DNA from: the human T2T-CHM13v2.0 reference genome, Homo sapiens
Reading direction: 5' to 3' (one strand)
DNA length: 64,000 nt
NCBI RefSeq assembly: GCF_009914755.1
Contig: NC_060934.1
The notes below the pieces were generated by a model. The model made no database searches and was not told where the DNA came from. It saw only the letters and a list, made by a program, of their open reading frames with translations. Positions 39,801 to 51,800 of this stretch are shown here, piece by piece (position 1 is the stretch's first letter; each line of letters begins with the position of its first letter). The position numbers and the translations under genes are program-made.

Positions 39801-42800
39801 ACTTCTCCTCCTCCTCCACCATCCTCCCCTCTAGACTTCTCCTCCTCCTCCCCATCCTCCCCTCTAGACTTCTCCTCCTCCTCACCATCCTCCCCTCTAG
39901 ACTTCTCCTCCTCCTCCACCATCCTCCCCTCTAGACTTCTCCTCCTCCTCCCCATCCTCCCCTCTAGACTTCTCCTCCTCCTCCACCATCCTCCCCTCTA
40001 GACTTCTCCTCCTCCTCCCCATCCTCCCCTCTAGACTTCTCCTCCTCCTCCCCATCCTCCCCTCTAGACTTCTCCTCCTCCTCCACCATCCTCCCCTATA
40101 GACTTCTCCTCCTCCTCCACCATCCTCCCCTCTAGACTTCTCCTCCTCCTTCCCATCCTCCCCTCTAGACTTCTCCTCCTCCTCACCATCCTCCCCTCTA
40201 GGCTTCTCCTCCTCCTCCACCATCCTCCCCTCTAGACTTCTCCTCCTCCTCCACCATCCTCCCCTCTAGACTTCTCCTCCTCCTCCCCATCCTCCCCTCT
40301 AGACTTCTCCTCCTCCTCCCCGTCCTCCCCTCTAGACTTCTCCTCCTCCTCCACCATCCTCCCCTCTAGACTTCTTCTCCTCCTCCACCATCCTCCCCTC
40401 TAGACTTCTCCTCCTCCTCCCCATCCTCCCCTCTAGACTTCTCCTCCTCCTCCACCATCCTCCCCTCTAGACTTCTCCTCCTCCTCCCCGTCCTCCCCTC
40501 TAGACTTCTCCTCCTCCTCCCCATCCTCCCCTCTAGACTTCTCCTCCTCCTCCCCATCCTCCCCTCTAGACTTCTCCTCCTCCTCCCCATCCTCCCCTCT
40601 AGACTTCTCCTCCTCCTCCACCATCCTCCCCTCTAGACTTCTCCTCCTCCTCCCCATCCTCCCCTGTAGACTTCTCCTCCTCCTCCCCATCCTCCCCTCT
40701 AGACTTCTCCTCCTCCTCCCCATCCTCCCCTCTAGACTTCTCCTCCTACTCCACCATCCTCCCCTCTAGACTTCTCCTCCTCCTCCCCATCCTCCCCTCT
40801 AGACTTCTCCTCCTCCTCCACCATCCTCCCCTCTAGACTTCTCCTCCTCCTCCACCATCCTCCCCTCTAGACTTCTCCTCCTCCTCCCCATCCTCCCCTC
40901 TAGACTTCTCCTCCTCCTCCACCATCCTCCCCTCTAGACTTCTCCTCCTCCTCCCCATCCTCCCCTCTAGACTTCTCCTCCTCCTCCACCATCCTCCCTT
41001 CTAGACTTCTCCTCCTCCTCCACCATCCTCCCCTCTAGACTTCTCCTCCTCCTCCACCATCCTCCCCTCTAGACTTCTCCTCCTCCTCCACCATCCTCCC
41101 CTCTAGACTTCTCTTCCTCCTCCACCATCCTCCCCCTCTAGACTTCTCCTCCTCCTCCCCATCCTCCCCTCTAGACTTCTCCTCCTCCTCCACCATCCTC
41201 CCCTCTAGACTTCTCCTCCTCCTCCACCATCTTCGCCTCTAGACTTCTCCTCCTCCTCCACCATCCTCCCCTCTAGACTTCTCCTCCTCCTCCACCATCC
41301 TCCCCTCTAGACTTCTCCTCCTCCTCCCCATCCTCCCCTCTAGACTTCTCCTCCTCCTCCACCATCCTCCCCTCTAGACTTCTCCTCCTCCTCCACCATC
41401 TTCGCCTCTAGACTTCTCCTCCTCCTCCACCATCCTCCCCTCTAGACTTCTCCTCCTCCTCCCCATCCTCCCCTCTAGACTTCTCCTCCTCCTCCCCATC
41501 CTCCCCTCTAGACTTCTCCTCCTCCTCCACCATCCTCCCCTCTAGACTTCTCCTCCTCCTCCCCCATCCTCCCCTCTAGACTTCTCCTCCTCCTCCACCA
41601 TCCTCCCCTCTAGACTTCTCCTCCTCCTCCCCATCCTCCCCTCTAGACTTCTCCTCCTCCTCCCCATCCTCCCCTCTAGACTTCTCCTCCTCCTCCACCA
41701 TCCTCCCCTCTAGACTTCTCCTCCTCCTCCCCATCCTCCCCTCTAGACTTCTCCTCCTCCTCCCCATCCTCCCCTCTAGACTTCTCCTCCTCCTCCACCA
41801 TCCTCCCCTCTAGACTTCTCCTCCTCCTCCCCATCCTCCCCTCTAGACTTCTCCTCCTCCTCCAACATCCTCCCCTCTAGACTTCTCCTCCTCCTCCACC
41901 ATCCTCCCCTCTAGACTTCTCCTCCTCCTCCCCATCCTCCCCTCTAGACTTCTCCTCCTCCTCCCCATCCTCCCCTCTAGACTTCTCCTCCTCCTCCACC
42001 ATCCTCCCCTCTAGACTTCTCCTCCTCCTCCACCATCCTCCCCTCTAGACTTCTCCTCCTCCTCCCCATCCTCCCCTCGAGACTTCTCCTCCTCCTCCAC
42101 CATCCTCCCCTCTAGACTTCTCCTCCTCCTCCCCATCCTCCCCTCTAGACTTCTCCTCCTCCCCATCCTCCCCTCTAGACTTCTCCTCCTCCTCCCCATC
42201 CTCCCCTCTAGACTTCTCCTCCTCCTCCCCATCCTCCCCTCTAGACTTCTCCTCCTCCTCCACCATCCTCCCCTCTAGACTTCTCCTCCTCCTCCCCATC
42301 CTCCCCTCCTAGACTTCTCCTCCTCCTCACCATCCTCCCCTCTAGACTTCTCCTCCTCCTCCACCATCCTCCCCTCTAGACTTCTCCTCCTCCTCCCCAT
42401 CCTCCCCTCTAGACTTCTCCTCCTCCTCCACCATCCTCCCCTCTAGACTTCTCCTCCTCCTCCACCATCCTCCCCTCTAGACTTCTCCACCTCCTCCCCA
42501 TCCTCCCCTCTAGACTTCTCCTCCTCCTCCCCATTCTCCCCTCTAGACTTCTCCTCCTCCTCCCCATCCTCCCCTCTAGACTTCTCCTCCTCCTCCACCA
42601 TCCTCCCCTCTAGACTTCTCCTCCTCCTCCCCATCCTCCCCTCTAGACTTCTCCTCCTCCTCCACCATCCTCCCCTCTAGACTTCTCCTCCTCCTCCACC
42701 ATCCTCCCCTCTAGACTTCTCCTCCTCCTCCCCATCCTCCCCTCTAGACTTCTCCTCCTCCTCCACCATCCTCCCCTCTAGACTTCTCCTCCTCGTCCCC

Positions 42801-45800
42801 ATCCTCCCCTCTAGACTTCTCCTCCTCCTCCCCATCCTCCCCTCTAGACTTCTCCTCCTCCTCCCCATCCTCCCCTCTAGACTTCTCCTCCTCCTCCACC
42901 ATCCTCCCCTCTAGACTTCTCCTCCCTCCTCCCCATCCTCCCCTCTAGACTTCTCCTCCTCCTCCCCATCCTCCCCCTCTAGACTTCTCCTCCTCCTCCA
43001 CCATCCTCCCCTCTAGACTTCTCCTCCTCCACCATCCTCCCCTCTAGACTTCTCCTCCTCCTCCCCATCCTCCCCTCTAGACTTCTCCTCCTCCTCACCA
43101 TCCTCCCCTCTAGACTTCTCCTCCTCCTCCACCATCCTCCCCCTCTAGACTTCTCCTCCTCCTCCCCATCCTCCCCTCTAGACTTCTCCTCCTCCTCCAC
43201 CATCCTCCCCTCTAGACTTCTCCTCCTCCTCCACCATCCTCCCCTCTAGACTTCTCCTCCTCCTCCTCCCCATCCTCCCCTCTAGACTTCTCCTCCTCCT
43301 CCACCATCCTCCCCTCTAGACTTCTCCTCCTCCTCCACCATCCTCCCCTCTAGACTTCTCCTCCTCCTCCCATCCTCCCCTCTAGACTTCTCCTCCTCCT
43401 CCACCATCCTCCCCTCTAGACTTCTCCTCCTCCTCCACCATCCTCCCCTCTAGACTTCTCCTCCTCCACCATCCTCCCCTCTAGACTTCTCCTCCTCCTC
43501 CCCATCCTCCCCTCTAGACTTCTCCTCCTCCCTCCCACCATCCTCCCCTCTAGACTTCTCCTCCTCCTCCACCATCCTCCCCTCTAGACTTCTCCTCCTC
43601 CTCCCACCATCCTCCCCTCTAGACTTCTCCTCCTCCTCCCCATCCTCCCCTCTAGACTTCTCCTCCTCCTCCACCATCCTCCCCTCTAGACTTCTCCTCC
43701 TCCTCCCCATCCTCCCCTCTAGACTTCTCCTCCTCCTCCCCATCCTCCCCTCTAGACTTCTCCTCCTCCTCCCCATCCTCCCCTCTAGACTTCTCCTCCT
43801 CCTCCCCATCCTCCCCTCTAGACTTCTCCTCCTCCTCCACCATCCTCCCCTCTAGACTTCTCCTCCTCCTCCCCCATCCTCCCCTCTAGACTTCTCCCTC
43901 CTCCTCCCCATCCCTCCCCTCTAGACTTCTCCTCCCTCCTCCCACCATCCTCCCCTCTAGACTTCTCCTCCTCCTCCACCATCCTCCCCTCTAGACTTCT
44001 CCTCCTCCTCCCCATCCTCCCCTCTAGACTTCTCCTCCTCCTCCCACCATCCCTCCCCTCTAGACTTCTCCTCCCTCCTCCCACCATCCTCCCCTCTAGA
44101 CTTCTCCTCCTCCTCCACCATCCTCCCCTCTAGACTTCTCCTCCTCCTCCCCATCCTCCCCTCTAGACTTCTCCTCCTCCTCCACCATCCTCCCCTCTAG
44201 ACTTCTCCTCCTCCTCCACCATCCTCCCCTCTAGACTTCTCCTCCTCCTCCACCATCCTCCCCTCTAGACTTCTCCTCCTCCTCCCACCATCCTCCCCTC
44301 TAGACTTCTCTTCCTCCTCCACCATCCTCCCCTCTAGACTTCTCCTCCTCCTCCACCATCCTCCCCTCTAGACTTCTCCTCCTCCTCCACCATCCTCCCC
44401 TCCTAGACTTCTCCTCCTCCTCCACCATCCTCCCCTCTAGACTTCTCCTCCTCCTCCACCATCCTCCCCTCTAGACTTCTCCTCCTCCTCCACCATCCTC
44501 CCCTCTAGACTTCTCCTCCTCCTCCCCATCCTCCCCTCTAGACTTCTCCTCCTCCTCCACCATCCTCCCCTCTAGACTTCTCCTCCTCCTCCACCATCTT
44601 CGCCTCTAGACTTCTCCTCCTCCTCCACCATCCTCCCCTCTAGACTTCTCCTCCTCCTCCCCCATCCTCCCCTCTAGACTTCTCCTCCTCCTCCCCATCC
44701 TCCCCTCTAGACTTCTCCTCCTCCTCCACCATCCTCCCCTCTAGACTTCTCCTCCCTCCTCCCCATCCTCCCCTCTAGACTTCTCCTCCTCCTCCACCAT
44801 CCTCCCCTCTAGACTTCTCCTCCTCCTCCCCATCCTCCCCTCTAGACTTCTCTCCTCCTCCCCATCCTCCCCTCTAGACTTCTCCTCCTCCTCCACCATC
44901 CTCCCCTCTAGACTTCTCCTCCTCCTCCCCATCCTCCCCTCTAGACTTCTCCTCCTCCTCACCATCCTCCCCTCTAGACTTCTCCTCCTCCTCCACCATC
45001 CTCCCCTCTAGACTTCTCCTCCCTCCTCCCCATCCTCCCCTCTAGACTTCTCCTCCTCCTCCAACATCCTCCCCTCTAGACTTCTCCTCCTCCTCCCACC
45101 ATCCTCCCCTCTAGACTTCTCCTCCTCCTCCCCATCCTCCCCTCTAGACTTCTCCTCCTCCTCCCCATCCTCCCCTCTAGACTTCTCCTCCTCCTCCACC
45201 ATCCTCCCCTCTAGACTTCTCCTCCTCCTCCACCATCCTCCCCTCTAGACTTCTCCTCCTCCTCCCCATCCTCCCCTCGAGACTTCTCCTCCTCCTCCAC
45301 CATCCTCCCCTCTAGACTTCTCCTCCTCCTCCCCATCCTCCCCTCTAGACTTCTCCTCCTCCCCATCCTCCCCCTCTAGACTTCTCCTCCTCCTCCCCAT
45401 CCTCCCCTCTAGACTTCTCCTCCTCCTCCACCATCCTCCCCTCTAGACTTCTCCTCCTCCTCCCCATCCTCCCCTCTAGACTTCTCCTCCTCCCCATCCT
45501 CCCCTCTAGACTTCTCCTCCTCCTCCACCATCCTCCCCTCTAGACTTCTCCTCCTCCTCCACCATCCTCCCCTCTAGACTTCTCCTCCTCCTCCCCATCC
45601 TCCCCTCTAGACTTCTCCTCCTCCTCCACCATCCTCCCCTCTAGACTTCTCCTCCTCCTCCACCATCCTCCCCTCTAGACTTCTCCTCCTCCTCCCCATC
45701 CTCCCCTCTAGACTTCTCCTCCTCCTCCACCATCCTCCCCTCTAGACTTCTCCTCCTCCTCCCCATCCTCCCCTCTAGACTTCTCCTCCTCCTCCCCATC

Positions 45801-48800
45801 CTCCCCTCTACACTTCTCCTCCTCCCTCCACCATCCTCCCCTCTACACTTCTCCTCCTCCTCCCCATCCTCCCCTCTAGACTTCTCCTCCTCCTCCACCA
45901 TCCTCCCCTCTAGACTTCTCCTCCTCCTCCCCATCCTCCCCTCTAGACTTCTCCTCCTCCTCACCATCCTCCCCTCTACACTTCTCCTCCTCCTCCACCA
46001 TCCTCCCCTCTAGACTTCTCCTCCTCCTCCCCATCCTCCCCTCTAGACTTCTCCTCCTCCTCCCCATCCTCCCCTCTAGACTTCTCCTCCTCCTCCACCA
46101 TCCTCCCCTCTAGACTTCTCCTCCTCCTCCACCATCCTCCCCCTCTAGACTTCTCCTCCTCCTCCCCATCCTCCCCTCTAGACTTCTCCTCCTCCTCCCC
46201 ATCCTCCCCTCTAGACTTCTCCTCCTCCTCCCCATCCTCCCCTCTAGACTTCTCCTCCTCCTCCCCATCCTCCCCTCTAGACTTCTCCTCCTCCTCCCCA
46301 TCCTCCCCTCTAGACTTCTCCTCCTCCTCCACCATCCTCCCCTCTAGACTTCTCCTCCTCCTCCCCATCCTCCCCTCTAGACTTCTCCTCCTCCTCCCCA
46401 TCCTCCCCTCTAGACTTCTCCTCCTCCTCCCCATCCTCCCATCTAGAATTCTCCTCCTCCTCCACCATCCTCCCCTCTAGACTTCTCCTCCTCCTCCACG
46501 ATCCTCCCCTCTAGACTTCTCCTCCTCCTCCACCATCCTCCCCTCTAGACTTCTCCTCCTCCTCCACCATCCTCCCATCTAGACTTCTCCTCCTGCTCCC
46601 CATCCTCCCCTCTAGACTTCTCCTCCTCCTCCACCATCCTCCCCTCTAGACTTCTCCTCCTCCTCCCCATCCTCCCCTCTAGACTTCTCCTCCTCCTCCA
46701 CCATCCTCCCCTCTAGACTTCTCCTCCTCCTCCACCATCTTCGCCTCTAGACTTCTCCTCCTCCTCCACCATCCTCCCCACTAGACTTCTCCTCCTCCTC
46801 CACCATCCTCCCCTCTAGACTTCTCCTCCTCCTCCCCATCCTCTCCTCTAGACTTCTCCTCCTCCTCCACCATCCTCCCCTCTAGACTTCTCCTCCTCCT
46901 CCACCATCCTCCCCTCTAGACTTCTCCTCCTCCTCCACCATCCTCCCCTCTAGACTTCTCCTCCTCCTCCCCATCCTCCCCTCTAGACTTCTCCTCCTCC
47001 TCCACCATCCTCCCCTCTAGACTTCTCCTCCTCCTCCCCATCCTCCCCTCTAGACTTCTCCTCCTCCTCCACCATCCTCCCCTCTAGACTTCTCCTCCTC
47101 CTCCACCATCCTCCCCTCTAGACTTCTCCTCCTCCTCCCCATCCTCCCCTCTAGACTTCTCCTCCTCCTCCACCATCCTCCCCTCTAGACTTCTCCTCCT
47201 CCTCCCCATCCTCCCCTCTAGACTTCTCCTCCTCCTCCACCATCCTCCCCTCTAGACTTCTCCTCCTCCTCCCCATCCTCCCCTCTAGACTTCTCCTCCT
47301 CCTCCACCATCCTCCCCTCTAGACTTCTCCTCCTCCTCCCCATCCTCCCCTCTAGACTTCTCCTCCTCCTCCACCATCCTCCCCTCTAGACTTCTCCTCC
47401 TCCTCCCCATCCTCCCCTCTAGACTTCTCCTCCTCCTCCACCATCCTCCCCTCTAGACTTCTCCTCCTCCTCCCCATCCTCCACTCTAGACTTCTCCTCC
47501 TCCTCCACCATCCTCCCCTCTAGACTTCTCCTCCTCCTCCCCATCCTCCCCTCTAGACTTCTCCTCCTCCTCCCCATCCTCCCCTCTAGACTTCCCCTCC
47601 TCCTCCACCATCCTCCCCTCTAGACTTCTCCTCCTCCTCCCCATCCTCCCCTCTAGACTTCTCCTCCTCCTCCACCATCCTCCCCTCTAGACTTCTCCTC
47701 CTCCTCCCCATCCTCCCCTCTAGACTTCTCCTCCTCCTCCACCATCCTCCCCTCTACACTTCTCCTCCTCCTCCACCATTCTCCCCTCTAGACTTCTCCT
47801 CCTCCTCCCCATCCTCCCCTCTAGACTTCTCCTCCTCCTCCACCATCCTCCCCTCTAGACTTCTCCTCCTCCTCCACCATCTTTGCCTCTAGACTTCTCC
47901 TCCTCCTCCACCATCCTCCCCTCTAGAGTTCTCCTCCTCCTCCCCATCCTCCCCTCTAGACTTCTCCTCCTCCTCCCCATCCTCCCCTCTAGACTTCTCC
48001 TCCTCCTCCACCATCCTCCCCTCTAGACTTCTCCTCCTCCTCCCCATCCTCCCCTCTAGACTTCTCCTCCTCCTCCACCATCCTCCCCTCTAGACTTCTC
48101 CTCCTCCTCCCCATCCTCCCCTCTAGACTTCTCCTCCTCCTCCACCATCCTCCCCTCTAGACTTCTCCTCCTCCTCCCCATCCTCCCCTCTAGACTTCTC
48201 CTCCTCCTCCCCATCCTCCCCTCTAGACTTCTCCTCCTCCTCCCCATCCTCCCCTCTAGACTTCTCCTCCTCCTCCCCATCCTCCCCTCTAGACTTCTCC
48301 TCCTCCTCCACCATCCTCCCCTCTGGACTTCTCCTCCTTCTCCCCATCCTCCCCTCTAGACTTCTCCTCCTCCTCCACCATCCTCCCCTCTAGACTTCTC
48401 CTCCTCCTCCCCATCCTCCCCTCTAGACTTCTCCTCCTCCTCCCCATCCTCCCCTCTAGACTTCTCCTCCTCCTCCACCATCCTCCCCTCTAGACTTCTC
48501 CTCCTCCTCCACCATCCTCCCCTCTAGACTTCTCCTCCTCCTTCCCATCCTCCCCTCTAGACTTCTCCTCCTCCTCACCATCCTCCCCTCTAGGCTTCTC
48601 CTCCTCCTCCACCATCCTCCCCTCTAGACTTCTCCTCCTCCTCCACCATCCTCCCCTCTAGACTTCTCCTCCTCCTCCCCATCCTCCCCTCTAGACTTCT
48701 CCTCCTCCTCCCCATCCTCCCCTCTAGACTTCTCCTCCTCCTCCACCATCCTCCCCTCTAGACTTCTCCTCCTCCTCCACCATCCTCCCCTCTAGACTTC

Positions 48801-51800
48801 TCCTCCTCCTCCACCATCCTCCCCTCTAGACTTCTCCTCCTCCTCCACCATCCTGCCCTCTAGACTTCTCCTCCTCCTCCACCATCCTCCCCTCTAGACT
48901 TCTCCTCCTCCTCCCCATCCTCCCCTCTAGACTTCTCCTCCTCCTCCCCATCCTCCCCTCTAGACTTCTCCTCCTCCTCCCCATCCTCCCCTCTAGACTT
49001 CTCCTCCTCCTCCCCATCCTCCCCTCTAGACTTCTCCTCCTCCTCCCCATCCTCCCCTCTAGACTTCTCCTCCTCCTCCCCATCCTCCCCTCTAGACTTC
49101 TCCTCCTCCTCCACCATCCTCCCCTCTAGACTTCTCCTCCTCCTTCCCATCCTCCCCTCTAGACTTCTCCTCCTCCTCACCATCCTCCCCTCTAGGCTTC
49201 TCCTCCTCCTCCACCATCCTCCCCTCTAGACTTCTCCTCCTCCTCCACCATCCTCCCCTCTAGACTTCTCCTCCTCCTCCCCATCCTCCCCTCTAGACTT
49301 CTCCTCCTCCTCCCCATCCTCCCCTCTAGACTTCTCCTCCTCCTCCACCATCCTCCCCTCTAGACTTCTCCTCCTCCTCCACCATCCTCCCCTCTAGACT
49401 TCTCCTCCTCCTCCACCATCCTCCCCTCTAGACTTCTCCTCCTCCTCCCCATCCTCCCCTCTAGACTTCTCCTCCTCCTCCCCATCCTCCCCTCTAGACT
49501 TCTCCTCCTCCTCCCCATCCTCCCCTCTAGACTTCTCCTCCTCCTCCCCATCCTCCCCTCTAGACTTCTCCTCCTCCTCCCCATCCTCCCCTCTAGACTT
49601 CTCCTCCTCCTCCACCATCCTCCCCTCTAGACTTCTCCTCCTCCTCCCCATCCTCCCCTCTAGACTTCTCCTCCTCCTCCCCATCCTCCCCTCTAGACTT
49701 CTCCTCCTCCTCCCCATCCTCCCATCTAGAATTCTCCTCCTCCTCCACCATCCTCCCCTCTAGACTTCTCCTCCTCCTCCACCATCCTCCCCTCTAGACT
49801 TCTCCTCCTCCTCCACCATCCTCCCCTCTAGACTTCTCCTCCTCCTCCACCATCCTCCCCTCTAGACTTCTCCTCCTCCTCCACCATCCTCCCCTCTAGA
49901 CTTCTCCTCCTCCTCCCCATCCTCCCCTCTAGACTTCTCCTCCTCCTCCACCATCCTCCCCTCTAGACTTCTCCTCCTCCTCCCCATCCTCCCCTCTAGA
50001 CTTCTCCTCCTCCTCCCCATCCTCCCCTCTAGACTTCTCCTCCTCCTCCCCATCCTCCCATCTAGAATTCTCCTCCTCCTCCACCATCCTCCCCTCTAGA
50101 CTTCTCCTCCTCCTCCACGATCCTCCCCTCTAGACTTCTCCTCCTCCTCCACCATCCTCCCCTCTAGACTTCTCCTCCTCCTCCACCATCCTCCCATCTA
50201 GACTTCTCCTCCTGCTCCCCATCCTCCCCTCTAGACTTCTCCTCCTCCTCCACCATCCTCCCCTCTAGACTTCTCCTCCTCCTCCCCATCCTCCCCTCTA
50301 GACTTCTCCTCCTCCTCCACCATCCTCCCCTCTAGACTTCTCCTCCTCCTCCACCATCTTCGCCTATAGACTTCTCCTCCTCCTCCACCATCCTCCCCAC
50401 TAGACTTCTCCTCCTCCTCCACCATCCTCCCCTCTAGACTTCTCCTCCTCCTCCCCATCCTCTCCTCTAGACTTCTCCTCCTCCTCCACCATCCTCCCCT
50501 CTAGACTTCTCCTCCTCCTCCACCATCCTCCCCTCTAGACTTCTCCTCCTCCTCCACCATCCTCCCCTCTAGACTTCTCCTCCTCCTCCCCATCCTCCCC
50601 TCTAGACTTCTCCTCCTCCTCCACCATCCTCCCCTCTAGACTTCTCCTCCTCCTCCCCATCCTCCCCTCTAGACTTCTCCTCCTCCTCCACCATCCTCCC
50701 CTCTAGACTTCTCCTCCTCCTCCACCATCCTCCCCTCTAGACTTCTCCTCCTCCTCCCCATCCTCCCCTCTAGACTTCTCCTCCTCCTCCACCATCCTCC
50801 CCTCTAGACTTCTCCTCCTCCTCCCCATCCTCCCCTCTAGACTTCTCCTCCTCCTCCACCATCCTCCCCTCTAGACTTCTCCTCCTCCTCCCCATCCTCC
50901 CCTCTAGACTTCTCCTCCTCCTCCACCATCCTCCCCTCTAGACTTCTCCTCCTCCTCCCCATCCTCCCCTCTAGACTTCTCCTCCTCCTCCACCATCCTC
51001 CCCTCTAGACTTCTCCTCCTCCTCCCCATCCTCCCCTCTAGACTTCTCCTCCTCCTCCACCATCCTCCCCTCTAGACTTCTCCTCCTCCTCCCCATCCTC
51101 CACTCTAGACTTCTCCTCCTCCTCCACCATCCTCCCCTCTAGACTTCTCCTCCTCCTCCCCATCCTCCCCTCTAGACTTCTCCTCCTCCTCCCCATCCTC
51201 CCCTCTAGACTTCCCCTCCTCCTCCACCATCCTCCCCTCTAGACTTCTCCTCCTCCTCCCCATCCTCCCCTCTAGACTTCTCCTCCTCCTCCACCATCCT
51301 CCCCTCTAGACTTCTCCTCCTCCTCCCCATCCTCCCCTCTAGACTTCTCCTCCTCCTCCACCATCCTCCCCTCTACACTTCTCCTCCTCCTCCACCATTC
51401 TCCCCTCTAGACTTCTCCTCCTCCTCCCCATCCTCCCCTCTAGACTTCTCCTCCTCCTCCACCATCCTCCCCTCTAGACTTCTCCTCCTCCTCCACCATC
51501 TTTGCCTCTAGACTTCTCCTCCTCCTCCACCATCCTCCCCTCTAGACTTCTCCTCCTCCTCCCCATCCTCCCCTCTAGACTTCTCCTCCTCCTCCCCATC
51601 CTCCCCTCTAGACTTCTCCTCCTCCTCCACCATCCTCCCCTCTAGACTTCTCCTCCTCCTCCCCATCCTCCCCTCTAGACTTCTCCTCCTCCTCCACCAT
51701 CCTCCCCTCTAGACTTCTCCTCCTCCTCCCCATCCTCCCCTCTAGACTTCTCCTCCTCCTCCACCATCCTCCCCTCTAGACTTCTCCTCCTCCTCCCCAT

